64,000 nt of DNA from Octopus sinensis (GCF_006345805.1 NC_043007.1:30504001-30568000), one strand, 5' to 3'; positions 24,271 to 39,606 are shown, counted from the first letter of the stretch. Made by a program: numbers and translations. Notes: generated by a model not told the origin, from the letters alone.

Positions 24271-24826
24271 GTAAAGTTGCGTAAAATATCACAGTCCCGT
24301 CTTTATTTCTGGCGGACGGAAATTGGTTCTTTAACAACGCCGTTCCAACACATCCGATTGTCGCACTAAAATTTGTGCCGTGTACGTACAAGTCTGAGGC
24401 ACATTATATGTATGTGTGTGTGTGTGTGTGTAACAGTGTGCGTGTAATTGCTCGCGCTCATGTGCATACATACACACATACATAGAATCATACAAATATA
24501 TATATGTGTGTGTATGTGTGTGTGTGTGTGTGCGTGTGTGTGTGTGTGTAGGTGTGTGTATATAAATTTGAAAATATACAGTCTGTGTGTGTGGATGTAA
24601 GTTTGTGTTTAAGTATGTGTGTGACTAATATGTAAACACTTATGTTGTGTGTATATAATACTCGTTTGTATTTGTGTGTATGCAGCATATATGTATATAT
24701 TTGCATGTATATGATATATATATATATATATATATATATGTATTTATATATATATACACATATATATGTATACATATATATATGCAATTATATATATGTA
24801 TATATATATATACATATATGTATATG

Positions 24827-24864
<38 letters not shown>

Positions 24865-24910
24865 TATGTATACATATATATGTATATATATACATAAATA
24901 TTTATGTAAT

Positions 24911-24949
<39 letters not shown>

Positions 24950-25369
24950 ACATTTATATATGTAATTATATATATGTATATATGCATGTATGGATAGATG
25001 GATGGGTGGATGGATTCATACACGTGTACATTTTATGTATACATATGTAGACTATGATATATACGTGCATATAATTACCATGAATTAGTATGTATGTATA
25101 TATATATATTATATAAATATATATATATATATATATATTTATAGCCATGTGTACAAGTATGTTCACTGGATGCTCTGCTAATGAATTTTAAAATATACTA
25201 CAGAAGAAGAATATAGTGAAGCTGGAACGGAAATTTGGCAGCCAACAGGATATGAATCCTTGAAAACATTGTCATCTGTTGCGTCAAGTTTCGCCTTGAT
25301 CGTTCATGATAATAAGAAGGAGGAGGAGGAGGAGGAGGATAAGGATAGGGATGGAGAGAAACAAGCGAA

Positions 25370-27509
<2,140 letters not shown>

Positions 27510-27510
<1 letters not shown>

Positions 27511-28200
27511 GGCAGTCTTATTCTTATTGCGTGCTTTCACTGCGCGATCGAGCGAAGTTCTATGAAGCCTTGGCTATGTTTTGTGGTTTCTTTTGGTGTC
27601 ATTATTTTTGCTGCATTGAAAACGCTCTATGGAGTTTGTGTGCGGATCTAAGCAGTGCTATTTTCTGTATTTGCAAATCCTAGGGCTTGCTTATGTACTT
27701 GTGTTTTTGCTTTTTGTCTCTATCTAAACCACATATTATTATAGGGATTATTTCCGCCTTCAGGTTTCACATTTTTGTGACGTCCATTACCAGATGTTTG
27801 TATTTCAGGGGATTCTTAATGTCTTTTAGTTATGTTTTGCCATCTTTTGGGGGCTGATTAGAATGCATTATTGTTTTCTTTTATAGTTCTTACCAACAAT
27901 ATCTGTTTGATTAGCCTTGGTATTATTTGTGTGTAAGGGTCTATCCGAGAATGTGGTCGCTTTGTCATTTTCTAAGACCTTTTCAGAAGTGTGTCTACAC
28001 CATCTTATTTCTTTTGTCATTTCATAGTGTTGGCACAATCTCCAGTGTGTATATTCTATATCCCTAAAAATAAAATCACAGGACAAATGAACATGGCATA
28101 TATTACGAATCAAATAGATATAAGCCATAAGAAAGTGAGCAAAAAACCTAGACACGGACAATAAGATTTCCAGTCATCATTCAGAACATCACAATAATAA
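27510..28200 (-). mobile_element. R4/Dong-type LINE 3' portion (restriction-like endonuclease)
   Basis: HWRLCQHYE...RW, EKVLENDKAT..DRPLHT...ANQTDIV, C.LI..P, KYKHL, IIPIIICGL, QKIALL.SAH motifs; the 3' UTR ends directly at the (TAA)n array. Confidence 0.8.
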
Positions 28201-29330
28201 GAATGGTGGCATAATGGATGATGATATAATTTTAAGTAAACCTCCATAATAAACGTAGTAATAGATTCATTGAAAAAAAACATACATTAGACATCAGAAT
28301 GAGGCGGCTTACAAAAACCGTGACCATCTTCTAAAAGAAGAGCTAGATCTAGTATAGTATAACACAGTCTTCAGGACTCAGTTACAAATATAACTAAAAA
28401 AAATCTTTCTGTACATTAGATAAACAATTTCCATCATCTAGCAAATTGCTTTTTCGACAACTAGGAACCGAGCCCAAGTTATAGCAGCACAGAATTTGAA
28501 GAGAATCCTCAAATTCTCTGGTAGGAACCTAGTAAATGCAAATAATAAAATTAATATAAATAGTAAGAATACGACTGATAATAATAACTATACGAATAAA
28601 GTGAATCATAATATGAATTATTTAAGCGGGATAATGAACATCTGTTTGACTAGAAGTTGTAGTAGGAACAATAGAGAACCTACAGAAAAATGGTATAAGA
28701 GAGGTAAAGGAGCCCAAACTAAATGTATTTCAATTATCTGAACCTAATAAGGAAACTAGCAACACATCTAGTTTAATCTATAGCGACAATTGATAGTCTA
28801 ACCTATATGATAATATCCATAGAGTGATACGTAACACTGTAGACGGAGTAAATAACACTTCTGTCACTAGGAAGCGTAGAGTTAATATTAATAAGCATTA
28901 TTGCAACTACAAGAGTAAATTCGTTTGACCACTTGAAGAGCATTGTCTCAGAAATAAACCAAGTTTATAAATACAGTAATAGCAAGTGGTATATCTGATT
29001 ATTACTTAGGGTCAAATTCTACTGATTTTAAGCAAAGATTACGTAACCACCTTTCTTCGTTCGAATATAGAGAAACAGCAAACTGTACATGTTTTAGCAT
29101 GTTCATCTGGACTTTAAAGGATAGGGACACTAAATATGATATTAAGTGAGCAATTATTAGTAGCACTTCACCGTATGTGATTGATAATTTGAAATGTAGT
29201 CTATGCTTGCAAGAAATATTCCGTATTTTTACCTCCAATTGCGCGTTATTAAATCGCGTAAACGAATTGACTGTATATCGCGCCCTATCATTTAGAAAAG
29301 TATTTCAGTATTTTCCAAACAAAGATTTTT
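28200..29330 (+). mobile_element. Penelope-like element remnant with GIY-YIG endonuclease
   Basis: TNI.KK.F..LDKQFP motif (~28385-28440), N-rich linker, then CN..SK.VxPL...CL and YYLGSNSTDFKQRLRNHLSSF...FIWTLKD...SPY...CSLCLQE...LLNR.NE (~28900-29280). Confidence 0.82.
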
Positions 29331-29859
29331 TATTAGAAACCACGTGAGTAGAAGTGTACATAAGTTAACCTAGTCAAATAATCGCAAATTTACTTTAGTT
29401 AGGTTTTAACAAACTCACACTAAAACTCACAATTATAGCTTATGTCGTCATTTGAGACAAAATATGATCCGAATTTCAACTTACTTTATTCATCTCAATC
29501 AATACTAGACTTCTATTATTCAAGAAAGTATAACACTTATTTCTATAGACTGGTTTGATTACCCAAATTGAAACGATAATTATTTCCTCTTTCTTTCGAT
29601 TCTTTTTCAAGCTATCCATTTATCTTATATCGTATCATATCCTCATTCTGAATAATCAGTGATGTGAATGCTTTCCGACCTAATTGAAGGGAATTTTGTT
29701 TTTTACTACTAAATATATAAAATAATTTGTTCACTTAATATCTGAAAAAGGTCATTCTGAGTTTAAGTAAAACCAGGACTATATCGAGTATTTCAACAAA
29801 AACTCTGGTGTTTTACGATCCCTCACCTAGAATATTCTTTAACAAAGACCTTCCGGTAT

Positions 29860-30070
29860 TTGAATCTTCAGTTCGCTTCACCTCCACGAACAAAAGTGTG
29901 TAGGAATGACTGCCTTCGATGAATATGTACTACAAAAGAACCAACAAAATTCAAATAAATGCTGCATTAAAGAAGACTGGGACACTTCTGCAGCAGAAAG
30001 ACGAGTCCGATTGGAAATTAATGGGAATAAAACTGCAATAAATAAACTGGGAAGATGCATAATGCTTCAT
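29860..30070 (+). mobile_element. Possible CR1-type RT C-terminal remnant
   Basis: 'TSAAERRVRLEINGNKTAINKL' resembles L.TL..RR.R.DL...YK.IN; short and degenerate. Confidence 0.3.
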
Positions 30071-30516
30071 TCTTCTCCATGATGCCTTGATTTATATATA
30101 TATATATATATATATATTAAGAGAAAGAGAGAGAGAGAGCGCGCGGGGAAGTGGGTGTTATACGGTTTTCCCATGAGAGTCATTGCATCCTGAAATTCGA
30201 ATCGCGAGAAAGGGTTTCGATTTGAAATATATACATATATAAATACATACATACTTACATATATATATATGTTTGTGTGTGTGTGTGTGTAAATGCGCGA
30301 GCGTGTATGTGTGTGTGTTAGGATGTATGTAGATTTAGATACATACATACGTCGAGAGAGAGAGAGGTAGATTTATAGATATGAATAGATTGACATAGAT
30401 ATGTACATACTCATACAATCACACACACACACACACATGTATATATGTGTATATATGTGTGTGTGTGTGTATGAATATATATATATATATATATAATATA
30501 TATATACATATATGTT

Positions 30517-30547
<31 letters not shown>

Positions 30548-31479
30548 GTATGTATACGTATATATATATATGTGTATGTGTGTATGTATATGTGTGTATC
30601 TATGTATATATGCATACACACACACACATATATATATATATACATATATATATCCATATATATTATTACAATGTATATACATATGTAAATCCGTATATAT
30701 ACATATATATATATAATAGAGTAAATATAATATCTATATGTAATTGTGTGTGTGCGTATGTGTATATGTGTGTGTGTGTGTGAGTGTGTATGTGTGTGTG
30801 TGTGTGTTGTTCGTGAATTGTTCAAAGCCATCTTGTGGAGTTGGCTCGGTTCCTCCCACAACATACAACAAAGTAATTACGTGTATCCCTGTATACGTAT
30901 AGGAACATAATATCATGTATGTGTGTGTGTGTATATATATATGTGTGTTTACGTATGTATATGTATCTATATATATATATACATATGTGCGCAAGCCTTT
31001 GCAATTAATGTGTGTTCATATGTGTCTGCCCATGCGTAAAGAGCCTCAGATAATTGCACTAATTTCTAAATGTCTGTGTGTCGTGTAATTTAGTAAAACA
31101 GAAGGATTAGAGAAAACTCGTGATGGCCTGCCTCGGAAAGAACAAAAAAAAATAGTGAGGGAGAGAGGTTCGCAAAATGAAGGACCCTGTCTGACACACC
31201 ACTATTCCCCTTCCGCCTCTGTTTCCTCCTCCGCGTGACACATATACTCGTCTTCCGCCTCCCCCTCTTCATCCTCCTCCTCCCCCTCCTCCTCCTCATC
31301 ATCATCATCACCATCAACATCATCATCATCATGGTCATCGCCACACCAACTTATGCCACTTTATAAACTGTTGTTCATTATTTGCTTCAGTTCAGTGTAT
31401 TTTCCACCTCCGCCTCCAACGGATTTTCGCGCAAGATGAAGTTGTTCTTATATACCGTATATGTTGTGGGTGATAGTGG

Positions 31480-31740
31480 CGGTGGTGGTGGGGTGCTAAT
31501 GCTGGTGGTGGTGCTGCTGCTGCTGCAGCTGCTGCAGCTGGTGGTGGTGGTGGAGGTGGTGGAGGTGGTGGTGGTGGTGGTTGTGGTGGTGGTGGTGGTG
31601 GTTGTGGTGTTGCTGGTGGTGCTAGTGGCGGCGGTGGTGGTGGTGGTGTTGGTGGTGGTAGTGGTGGCGGTGCAGTTGGTGTTTATCCTTATGGTGATGA
31701 ACGTGGTGGTGATGGTGTTGCTGTTACTGGTCGTCGTTTT
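31480..31740. repeat. (GGT)/(GCT)-rich imperfect trinucleotide tract
   Basis: Direct inspection. Confidence 0.9.
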
Positions 31741-32035
31741 ATTCATCACTGGTGGTGGTCGCCATCGTGGTATTGTCGTTGACCGGTTTGATACTATTAT
31801 TGTTGTTGTTGTTGTTATAGGCGCCCATTAGATTTACCCTATTCGAGCTAACTTTAGTCATCAATGTTCCATCCTTTACCATCCGATCCGTCTCTATAAT
31901 AAATATATTCTTCTGTGGCAGACGTTGGTCTCTGACAAATCTGTCTGGAATCTTTTTTTGGTTGGTTTCTCTCTGAATTATTCAACTTTTTAGTGTCCAA
32001 TGAGTTTTACGATTCCCTGACCGTCCTCCATTTAC

Positions 32036-32277
32036 TTCTCCTCGTCGCAAGACAAAGTAGATGTATGAGAGAGGCATGAGGGCCTCGGCGTTTTGGTTCT
32101 CAGTCTTCTGCTTGTTGGTTCTCTCCTCGACGGTTCGGTGAGCCAAGGACGACATATGTTTCTCGGTGATCCTCGGAACTGCAACCGGGGATTATTAGAA
32201 GTGCACGATGCGTCTTGCTGTTGTTGTTGCTGACTCTCATGCCGTACGCCCTCCCTTTCAACCACTTTTCTAGTTAT
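32036..32277 (-). other. Candidate exon with possible start codon
   Basis: Acceptor ggttttcttttcag|, ATG at 32155 opening MSSLAHRTVEERTNKQKTENQNAEALMPLSYIYFVLRRGE, phase-0 donor GAA|gtaaat; unique, CpG-containing sequence. Protein not recognised. Confidence 0.3.
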
Positions 32278-32409
32278 CTGAAAAGAAAACCTTCAGATGC
32301 TTCTTACTTCCACTCGCAGAACATCCTGGTCTTTTTACCTTCCAGCATTTTCCTCTTCACATCCCGCAAGTAGGTATTGCTCAGAAATGTAACAACGAGT
32401 CAAGAGCAA

Positions 32410-32522
32410 ATTTCACTTCCGTGATCTCAGCGAAGTGTCTTATCTTTTACTGACGTCACTAGTTTGTGAGCAGGAACTTTGGCGCATCAGTCCAAACTGT
32501 CACACTGCCCCATTTCCGGTTC
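32410..32522. promoter_or_regulatory. Promoter-like motif cluster (ETS, CRE, E2F-like)
   Basis: ACTTCCG (~32416), TGACGTCA (32451-32458), TTTGGCGC (~32478) and TTTCCGG (~32513) within ~100 bp of unique sequence. Confidence 0.45.
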
Positions 32523-33020
32523 TAACGACAAGGCACACACACACACACATATACTCTGCCATCCTGGAGAAAATCCAAAACCATAAATCGCTTAGAGTGT
32601 GTAGCAACTGCCCTTTTTTAGGGTATATGGAAGTCCCATTCAGTTTTCAGCAAGACAAGTTGATGTCCCCTTTTCCCTTTGCCGTTTACGCATCTGTTCC
32701 TTTGAAGTAGAAGGCATTGATCCTCGTAACACAACAATCCCATATTGATTAATAATACTTCGTCTCTAGTTTTGTTTCGAATTTATATCTTGATATATAT
32801 TTCCGTTCCCAGATACTCTTAAAATCCATTTAAGCTTCTTCATGGTTTCAAAACAGATATTTTATTTGTTTTTATCCTTCTTCTTTTGACATTTTATGTA
32901 AGAGTTATGAAATGTTCCTACGAACAACAATGAAATGTGTAGGAACTTTTTAAAATATTTATCTTAATTTTGTAACTGCATGGTTCATACGATGTTAAAT
33001 ATTTATGCTGCCTTGCTTAC

Positions 33021-33200
33021 GACCTCTCCTTTCTCATTCTCTGCCGCTCTTCCTCGCTTCTATCTCTCTCAACGCTTTCTTCCTCCTCTTCATATGAAGA
33101 AATGTCGTATATTTCCGGAAGGCTTTCTGCTAGAGAGACTCTGTGTTTCTTTTGCCATCTTCGATATTTTCTTGCTTCAACAGTTATAATTCTTTATAGC
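33021..33200 (-). other. Candidate purine-rich (UTR or coding) exon
   Basis: Donor GTC|gtaagc at 33021; open frame EARKYRRWQKKHRVSLAESLPEIYDISSYEEEEES...; no strong acceptor seen. Confidence 0.2.
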
Positions 33201-33764
33201 CAAGCAGCGTCTTCCAGCATTACGTATTTATTTATTTATTTCCAATCTCTCTTGTTAATATATTTTTACAGGAACGTGAATGCACAAAACATTGCTATTT
33301 CTCCTTTATCACCTTGACACATTACTGAAACGGAAACGAGTGAAGAAAACAACGAGATTATAACATGTCAGAAATTTCCTCCCTTTTTAATTCATTTATT
33401 ACATATGTCGCTATATTTATTATATTTTGGAATGTTGGGACTTTCGTCAAACATTCTCAAGAAATATGAACGTGACTGGCTAAAAATAAAACGAATGTGA
33501 AATACCGAGAAGAATTAGGCGGATTTTTTTCTTCTTCTGCTTCGGAATAAAGGAGAGATTTGTTCAGTTGGAAATGATGGAAAACAAATGGATTCTATTC
33601 AAGAAGCAAAAGAAAAAAGAGAAATGCCCGATACAAACGAACAGAAAATAAAGCGAACGTTACTTTTAAAACTGTTTTGGCTTTTAACATTTTGAAGCTT
33701 CGCGGTTCCATGTTTTGTGCTTCATGTTGCTGTCCTAGTGGTGGGTGGCGGTGGTGGTTTTGTT

Positions 33765-33865
33765 GTAGTAGTAGTAGTAGTAGTAGTAGTAGTCGCAGTA
33801 GTATCAGTAACAGCAGCAGCAGCGGTAGTAGTAGTAGCTGTGGAAGTAGTAGAAGTAGTAGTAGC

Positions 33866-33903
<38 letters not shown>

Positions 33904-34111
33904 CAGCAGCAATAGTAGTAGTAGTAGTAGTAGCAACAGCAGCAGCAGCAGCAATAGTATTAGTAGTAGTAGTAGCAGCAGCAATAGTGGTAGTAGTAGT
34001 AGCAGCAGCAGCAATAGTAGTAGTAGTGCAGTAGTAGTAGTAGTAGTAGCAGTAGTAGTCGCAGTAGTATCAGTAACAGCAGCAGCAGCAGCGGTTGAAG
34101 TAGTAGCTGTG

Positions 34112-34157
<46 letters not shown>

Positions 34158-34160
34158 CGC
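33765..34160. repeat. (AGT)/(AGC)n compound array with internal block duplications
   Basis: Direct inspection. Confidence 0.95.
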
Positions 34161-34418
34161 TGTGGTTGTTGAGTCTCAGTTCACCCCCATCGCACAGATG
34201 TATGATCAAAAGGCTTCCAGTTGCGAGCAGTCTCATCTTTTCGTAAACTTAAGACTACATTGTTGAATGTGATCCTTCACTTATTAAAGAGGGTAGGATG
34301 TGATTCAATAGTATAGAAACCTGCTATTTTAAGCAGAAAATGTGACTGCTTAGACACTCCCCTAATATGTAGTCTGTTGATATACACACGCGTATATATA
34401 TATATATATATATATATA

Positions 34419-34807
34419 TTTGATTGATTCTAGTTTTAGCTCACGAGCTGCGGCCATGCTGGGGCACCGCCATTTGGTGTTGCTACATGGTTTTACTTCA
34501 CGAATGCTTTTTAGCAACTGCCATTTGGTGCATGAGAGAGTTCGATGCAGCTGCCCTCATCTGCACCTCCTGCCGTGAAGTTGGTTCATCTGGGACACCT
34601 GACAAGAAGAGATCCAGTTTCACTTTAAAGACATCTGCATCCACCCCATGCAGGTCTCTTAGATTCTTCGGGAGGATATTGAAGAGCTGTGGGCCTCGGA
34701 AGCCCAGGCTATCACATTATCTTGTCCTACATCTTGATGGTAAATTTGGAGTCCTAGGCACCACGCAGTGGCGCCCAGTTCTGGCATTTGTGTAACTCTC
34801 GATGCCA
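34419..34807 (-). mobile_element. 5'-truncated CR1/L2-type LINE 3' fragment related to LINE-A
   Basis: Collinear with 7020-7400 (gacaagaagagatccagttt, aagagctgtgg); tail ggcggtgccccagcatggccgcagctcgtgagctaaaac; (TA)n on both flanks. Confidence 0.85.
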
Positions 34808-34949
34808 ATATATATATATATATATATATATTTGTAAAAAAGAAGTTTGAAAACGCCACTATATTAGATAAATTTTAATAACATTAACAATACTCAGAAA
34901 CAATACTCAGAATCGAAGTGCTCAAATTGAGCTAAGTTCCAATTTATAG

Positions 34950-35078
34950 TTTGAATAGAGGCAATACAAACGGAAAACTGGACGAACATGACCTATTATC
35001 CAATAGAATACACTGAATAGTCTATTGGATAATAGGTCATGTTCCTCTAGATTTCCGTTCGTATTGCCTCCATTCAAA
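34950..35078. repeat. 58-bp-arm inverted repeat (MITE-like hairpin)
   Basis: Arms 34950-35007 and 35021-35078, 5 mismatches, 13-nt loop. Confidence 0.9.
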
Positions 35079-35297
35079 TTATATATATCTGTCCCTTACC
35101 ATTCCTATCCTAATGCCTTAACGCACAACATGCTGTATTATATTCGAGCGAAACAAAGTTCATGTAGGATGTGTCGAAACGATCGTTATGAATTATAAAA
35201 TTTCCAGTGTATTCCATTTTCCGTCTCTATCGTTTGTTTTGTGTGTGTGTACATAAATGCACACACACACACACATGCATGCGTAGACAGACAGACG

Positions 35298-35356
<59 letters not shown>

Positions 35357-35655
35357 CTCACACACACACGCGAGCATACACATATATAAATATACATGCA
35401 TATATATATACGCATATATATAGTCATATATACATATACATATTTACATACAGAGATAGAGGGGAAGGAGGGAGCGAAGGAGAGAGAGAAAAAGAGAGAA
35501 TGAACGAGAGAGAGAAAGAGAGAGGAAAAACGAAAGAAAAAGCCGCTCTACACATTTAGTAGGAGTTACATATGTTATTATTCGGTAACCTGGACCTGTA
35601 GGTCCTGGATTTCTGTAAGAAGCCGGAAGTAGAATCAAACCGCTTTATATAATAA

Positions 35656-36043
35656 CTAGCAGTATCACGCGGCGTTGTTCGGGTTTGTTTCGACCCTTTA
35701 GAATTCGAATCTTGAAAAGTAAAAATTTTGCATTATGTAGCTTGTTATTCTCTTAAAGTGAACATTTTTCTGGTTTAAATACACCGAAAAATGGCAACAC
35801 GGCAGTCGAAAAATCGTAAAAAATAGGGATTTTCATAGAAAACAAAAGCACGTTTTTGATGTAAATAAGTTTTGGTGTTAACATGGTCCGATTTGAAGTT
35901 TTTCTTCTACGGAATGAAGAGCAAGCCTTTTTCTATTACACTCACAATTTTGGTGAACTTGCGCCGCAGAGTCTCGGAGGAGATAGTGTTAGTTGAAGGC
36001 TACCAAACCTGCCATACACAGATAACTTCAGCTTTATATATAG
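35656..36043 (-). mobile_element. Helitron-like non-autonomous element, intact ends
   Basis: Minus strand starts ctatatataaagctgaagttatctgtgt and ends acaaacccgaacaacgccgcgtgatactgCTAG|t. Confidence 0.75.
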
Positions 36044-36135
36044 GCACATGGCCTGAAATCTTGGAGGATGAGGGCTAGACGAATGCATCGATCCTAGTGT
36101 GGAACTGGTACTTATTTCGTCAAACCCCAAAGAAA
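36043..36135 (-). mobile_element. Meta-domain-like SINE tail B fragment
   Basis: aggcacatggcctgaaatcttgg...actggtacttattt. Confidence 0.6.
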
Positions 36136-36169
36136 GAAATGAACAGAATAATAATAATAATAATAATAA

Positions 36170-36413
36170 ACATAAAGGTTGTTCCTGTCGTCATCGGGTA
36201 ATTGAATTCCTTACCACCCGACCTGAAGAAATATCTGGACGCTTTAGACACGTTCTGCAATCTTGGTGTAGAGCAAAAATCTGCTTTGCTTGGAAGTGTA
36301 CGCGTACTGCGTAAAGATACTGTCTGTCTGTGGTCTTTGATGTGATTTGACAGACAGTGCAAACAATATCTTCAATCTACAGCAACACAATATTCGATTC
36401 TGTGCGACGTCTT
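36170..36413 (+). mobile_element. R4/Dong-type LINE family A 3' end inside (TAA)n
   Basis: IKVVPVVIG...LKKYLDAL...QKSALLGSVRVLRK terminus plus UTR; (AAT)n on both sides. Confidence 0.75.
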
Positions 36414-36425
36414 CAATAATAATAA

Positions 36426-36479
<54 letters not shown>

Positions 36480-36925
36480 CAACAACACCAACAACAACAA
36501 CAACAATAATAATAATAATAACAATAATAGTAATAATAATAGTAATAATAATAATAACAATAATAGTAATAATAATAGTAATAATAATAATAATAATGAT
36601 AATAATAATAAAAATAATAACAATAATAATAATAATGATAATAATAATAACAACAACAACAACAATAATAATAATAATAAAAATAATAATAATAACAATA
36701 ATAATATAATAATAATAATAATAATAGTAATAATAATAATAATAATAATAATGATAATAATAATAATAACAATAATAATAATGATAATAATAATAGTAAT
36801 AATAATAACGATAATGATAATGATAATGATAATAATAGTAATAATAATAATAATAATGATAATAATAATAATAAAAATAATAATAAAAATAATAACAATA
36901 ATAATAATAATAATAATAATAATTC
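36414..36925. repeat. ~510-bp (AAT)n array
   Basis: Direct inspection. Confidence 0.97.
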
Positions 36926-36989
36926 CTACATGCATACATGCATATATATATATACATACGTCCTTTTCGGGTTCTCCAGAACTATATTG

Positions 36990-37190
36990 GTTTCAAATTT
37001 TGGGGGACAAGGCCAGCAATTTCGAGAGAAGAGTTAAGCCGACCCCAGTACACAACTGGTACTTATTTTATCAACCCTGAAAGGATGAAAGACGAAGTCA
37101 TCCTTCGCGGAATTTGAACTCAGAACGTGAAGACGGACGAAATGCCGCCAAACATTTCGACCGGCGTCTAACTCTTCTGCCAGCACACAG
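36990..37190 (-). mobile_element. Meta-domain-like SINE (tail B)
   Basis: Head, core and tail recognisable. Confidence 0.8.
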
Positions 37191-37799
37191 CTTTTCACCT
37201 AAAACTACGTTACCCAATGTATTCTTCTTTTATTCCAAACAAATGAGTGTGAATTGAGGGAGATTTAGCAGTTTACTTCCATCAAAGACAACAACAATAT
37301 GGCGGTTCCTTCGTTGGCTCAGTTCTTTCATTACATATATTTTCAGTAATAAACAAAATATATTTTTTCAATGAAGTCAATATGACACTTCAGTCTCGAA
37401 GACCAGAAATCATTGCGCAGTTTGAAGATTTCACTTTTCGTTTCTTATAATTTATATATTGTGTCTGCTTCTACAGTATCTGGAATCTAAAATTCCGTGT
37501 GATGGTCACGTAGATAATTACGTCTGTCTATATGCATCGGTTTGTGTATGTACGAGCTACGCCTGTGCATGTGTGTGCATTTACGCGTGTGTGAGTGTGT
37601 GAGAGAGCTTCAATCCAGCATCCGCATCATGCTCATGCACACGTTTAAGCGTTTTAATAGCATCCAGAATACGTGCCGAACGGGGAATTCTCGGCAAACT
37701 TCGTTCACTTTACTTTTACATTTAATCATGTATATGCTTTAGATAGGCATACTCTTATTGGACGGAGGTCTTCTTCTTCAGTTCCTGTGTACATATATG

Positions 37800-37830
<31 letters not shown>

Positions 37831-37841
37831 ATACATGTGTG

Positions 37842-37898
<57 letters not shown>

Positions 37899-37994
37899 TA
37901 CATATGCATATATATATGTATATATATATATACATACATCTATATGTATATGTATATATATATAAATACACACACATTATATATCATATATATA

Positions 37995-38029
<35 letters not shown>

Positions 38030-38034
<5 letters not shown>

Positions 38035-38352
38035 CTCCGCCGGTTACGACGACGAGGGTCCCAGCTGATACGATCAACGGAACAGCTTGCTCGTGAAATT
38101 AACGTGCAAATGGCTGAGCATTCCACAGACACGTGTACCCTTAACGTAGTTCTCGGGGATAATCAGCGTGACACAGAGAGTGACAAGGCTGACCCTTTGA
38201 AATACAAGTACAACTCATTTTTGCCAGCTGAGTGGACTGGAGCAACGTGAAATAAAGTGTCTTGCTCAAGGACACAACGCGTCGCCGGGAATCGAACTCA
38301 CAACCTTACGATCATGAGCCGAATGCCCTAACCACTAAGCCACGCGCCCTCA
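38030..38352 (-). mobile_element. Full-length tRNA-derived SINE family 2 (CORE-like)
   Basis: gcgcgtggcttagtggttagggc A box, gagttcgattccc B box, gttgtgtccttgagcaagacacttt core; homologous to 49310-49645. Confidence 0.9.
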
Positions 38353-38477
38353 CTTCTATATATATATATATATATATAGATATACATACATGCATATAAC
38401 GCACATATATATTTTCAAAATATATATGTGCATGTATCTATAGTATTTGGATATATATATGTATATATACATTCATA

Positions 38478-38725
38478 CGTTGTAGTTATTTGTGTCCTGG
38501 GATATGTAACACACTGCCTACATACCAATCTTGAGAAATTAAGCTTCTCCAAACCAGAAAGGAGAAAACTAATTCGAAGACTTCAGATCCAATCCATCAG
38601 TGGAACTGTAAAATTCTGTGAAACTTTCCAGAAGTTTATCATTTAAATATAAATGAGAATGTCTAGATATGCAACTATATGCATGAAAATGCATACATAA
38701 ATCAAAATATACAAATCGGTACATA
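38478..38725 (+). mobile_element. R4/Dong-type LINE family B 3' end
   Basis: VICVLGYVTHCLHTNLEKL...RKLIRRLQIQSISGTVKFCETFQKFII* then a UTR ending in (TACA)n. Confidence 0.8.
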
Positions 38726-39442
38726 CATACATACATACATACATACATACATACATACATACATACATGTATTCATATATCATAATAACAACATTAATTT
38801 TCAGATGGAATTTATAAATAGTCAATACATCGCTACGTGCGTTTCCACAGACCACGTGGCTTTAATATCAGAGTCTGTATCCTTGGGATTAGTACAGTCC
38901 GTATTATCCATGGGCATCCGGTTGATCATCGTCACTGATTCATTCCATCAGGTGATACTGCATTAGTGGATGGATCACAGAGGCGTTTATTATCCCTTCT
39001 TGCCAGTATGAAGGCCAAGCTTTTTTATGTCGTTTTGTTTTTCTTTTTTACATTCCGGTTCCCCACACAGCACAAAACCAATGAAGTGTTTTGCTCGGAT
39101 CATTCGTTTATAGTTATCAAACATTTGTGCTACACATTAGCACACTTCCTCCATCAAATAGAGATTTCCTGTACAGCTGGACAGTGTGCCACGCGTCAGG
39201 TGGCAATCTGTCCAGGCAAAATAACACGAAACGAATTATTTAGCTCGAGAGCACAACACACCACATTGTCCAGGAATCGAAACCACGATCTCACGGTCCT
39301 GAATGCATCCCCCTAACCACTACTCCATGAGTCTCTAATAATATATATATTATTTATGTATGTATGTATGTATGTATGTATACAAAATATATATGTATAT
39401 ATATACTATATAATATATATATATATATACATACATATATAT

Positions 39443-39531
39443 ATAAACTTAGATAAACTTAGATATGTTTCGACCAAAGATTGGTCCAGGCCATGTCTAA
39501 CTTAATAGCACCACCTGATGGTGATGCTATT
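39443..39531 (-). mobile_element. Solo 67-bp 3' tail of LINE-B
   Basis: 39453-39519 is identical to 45693-45759. Confidence 0.85.
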
Positions 39532-39548
39532 ATATATATATAATGGTG

Positions 39549-39606
<58 letters not shown>

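Noticed and set aside
31387-31831. Thr-rich (mucin-like) or Val-rich ORFs
   Set aside because: Derived from the (GGT)n tract; other frames are equally plausible and contain stops.
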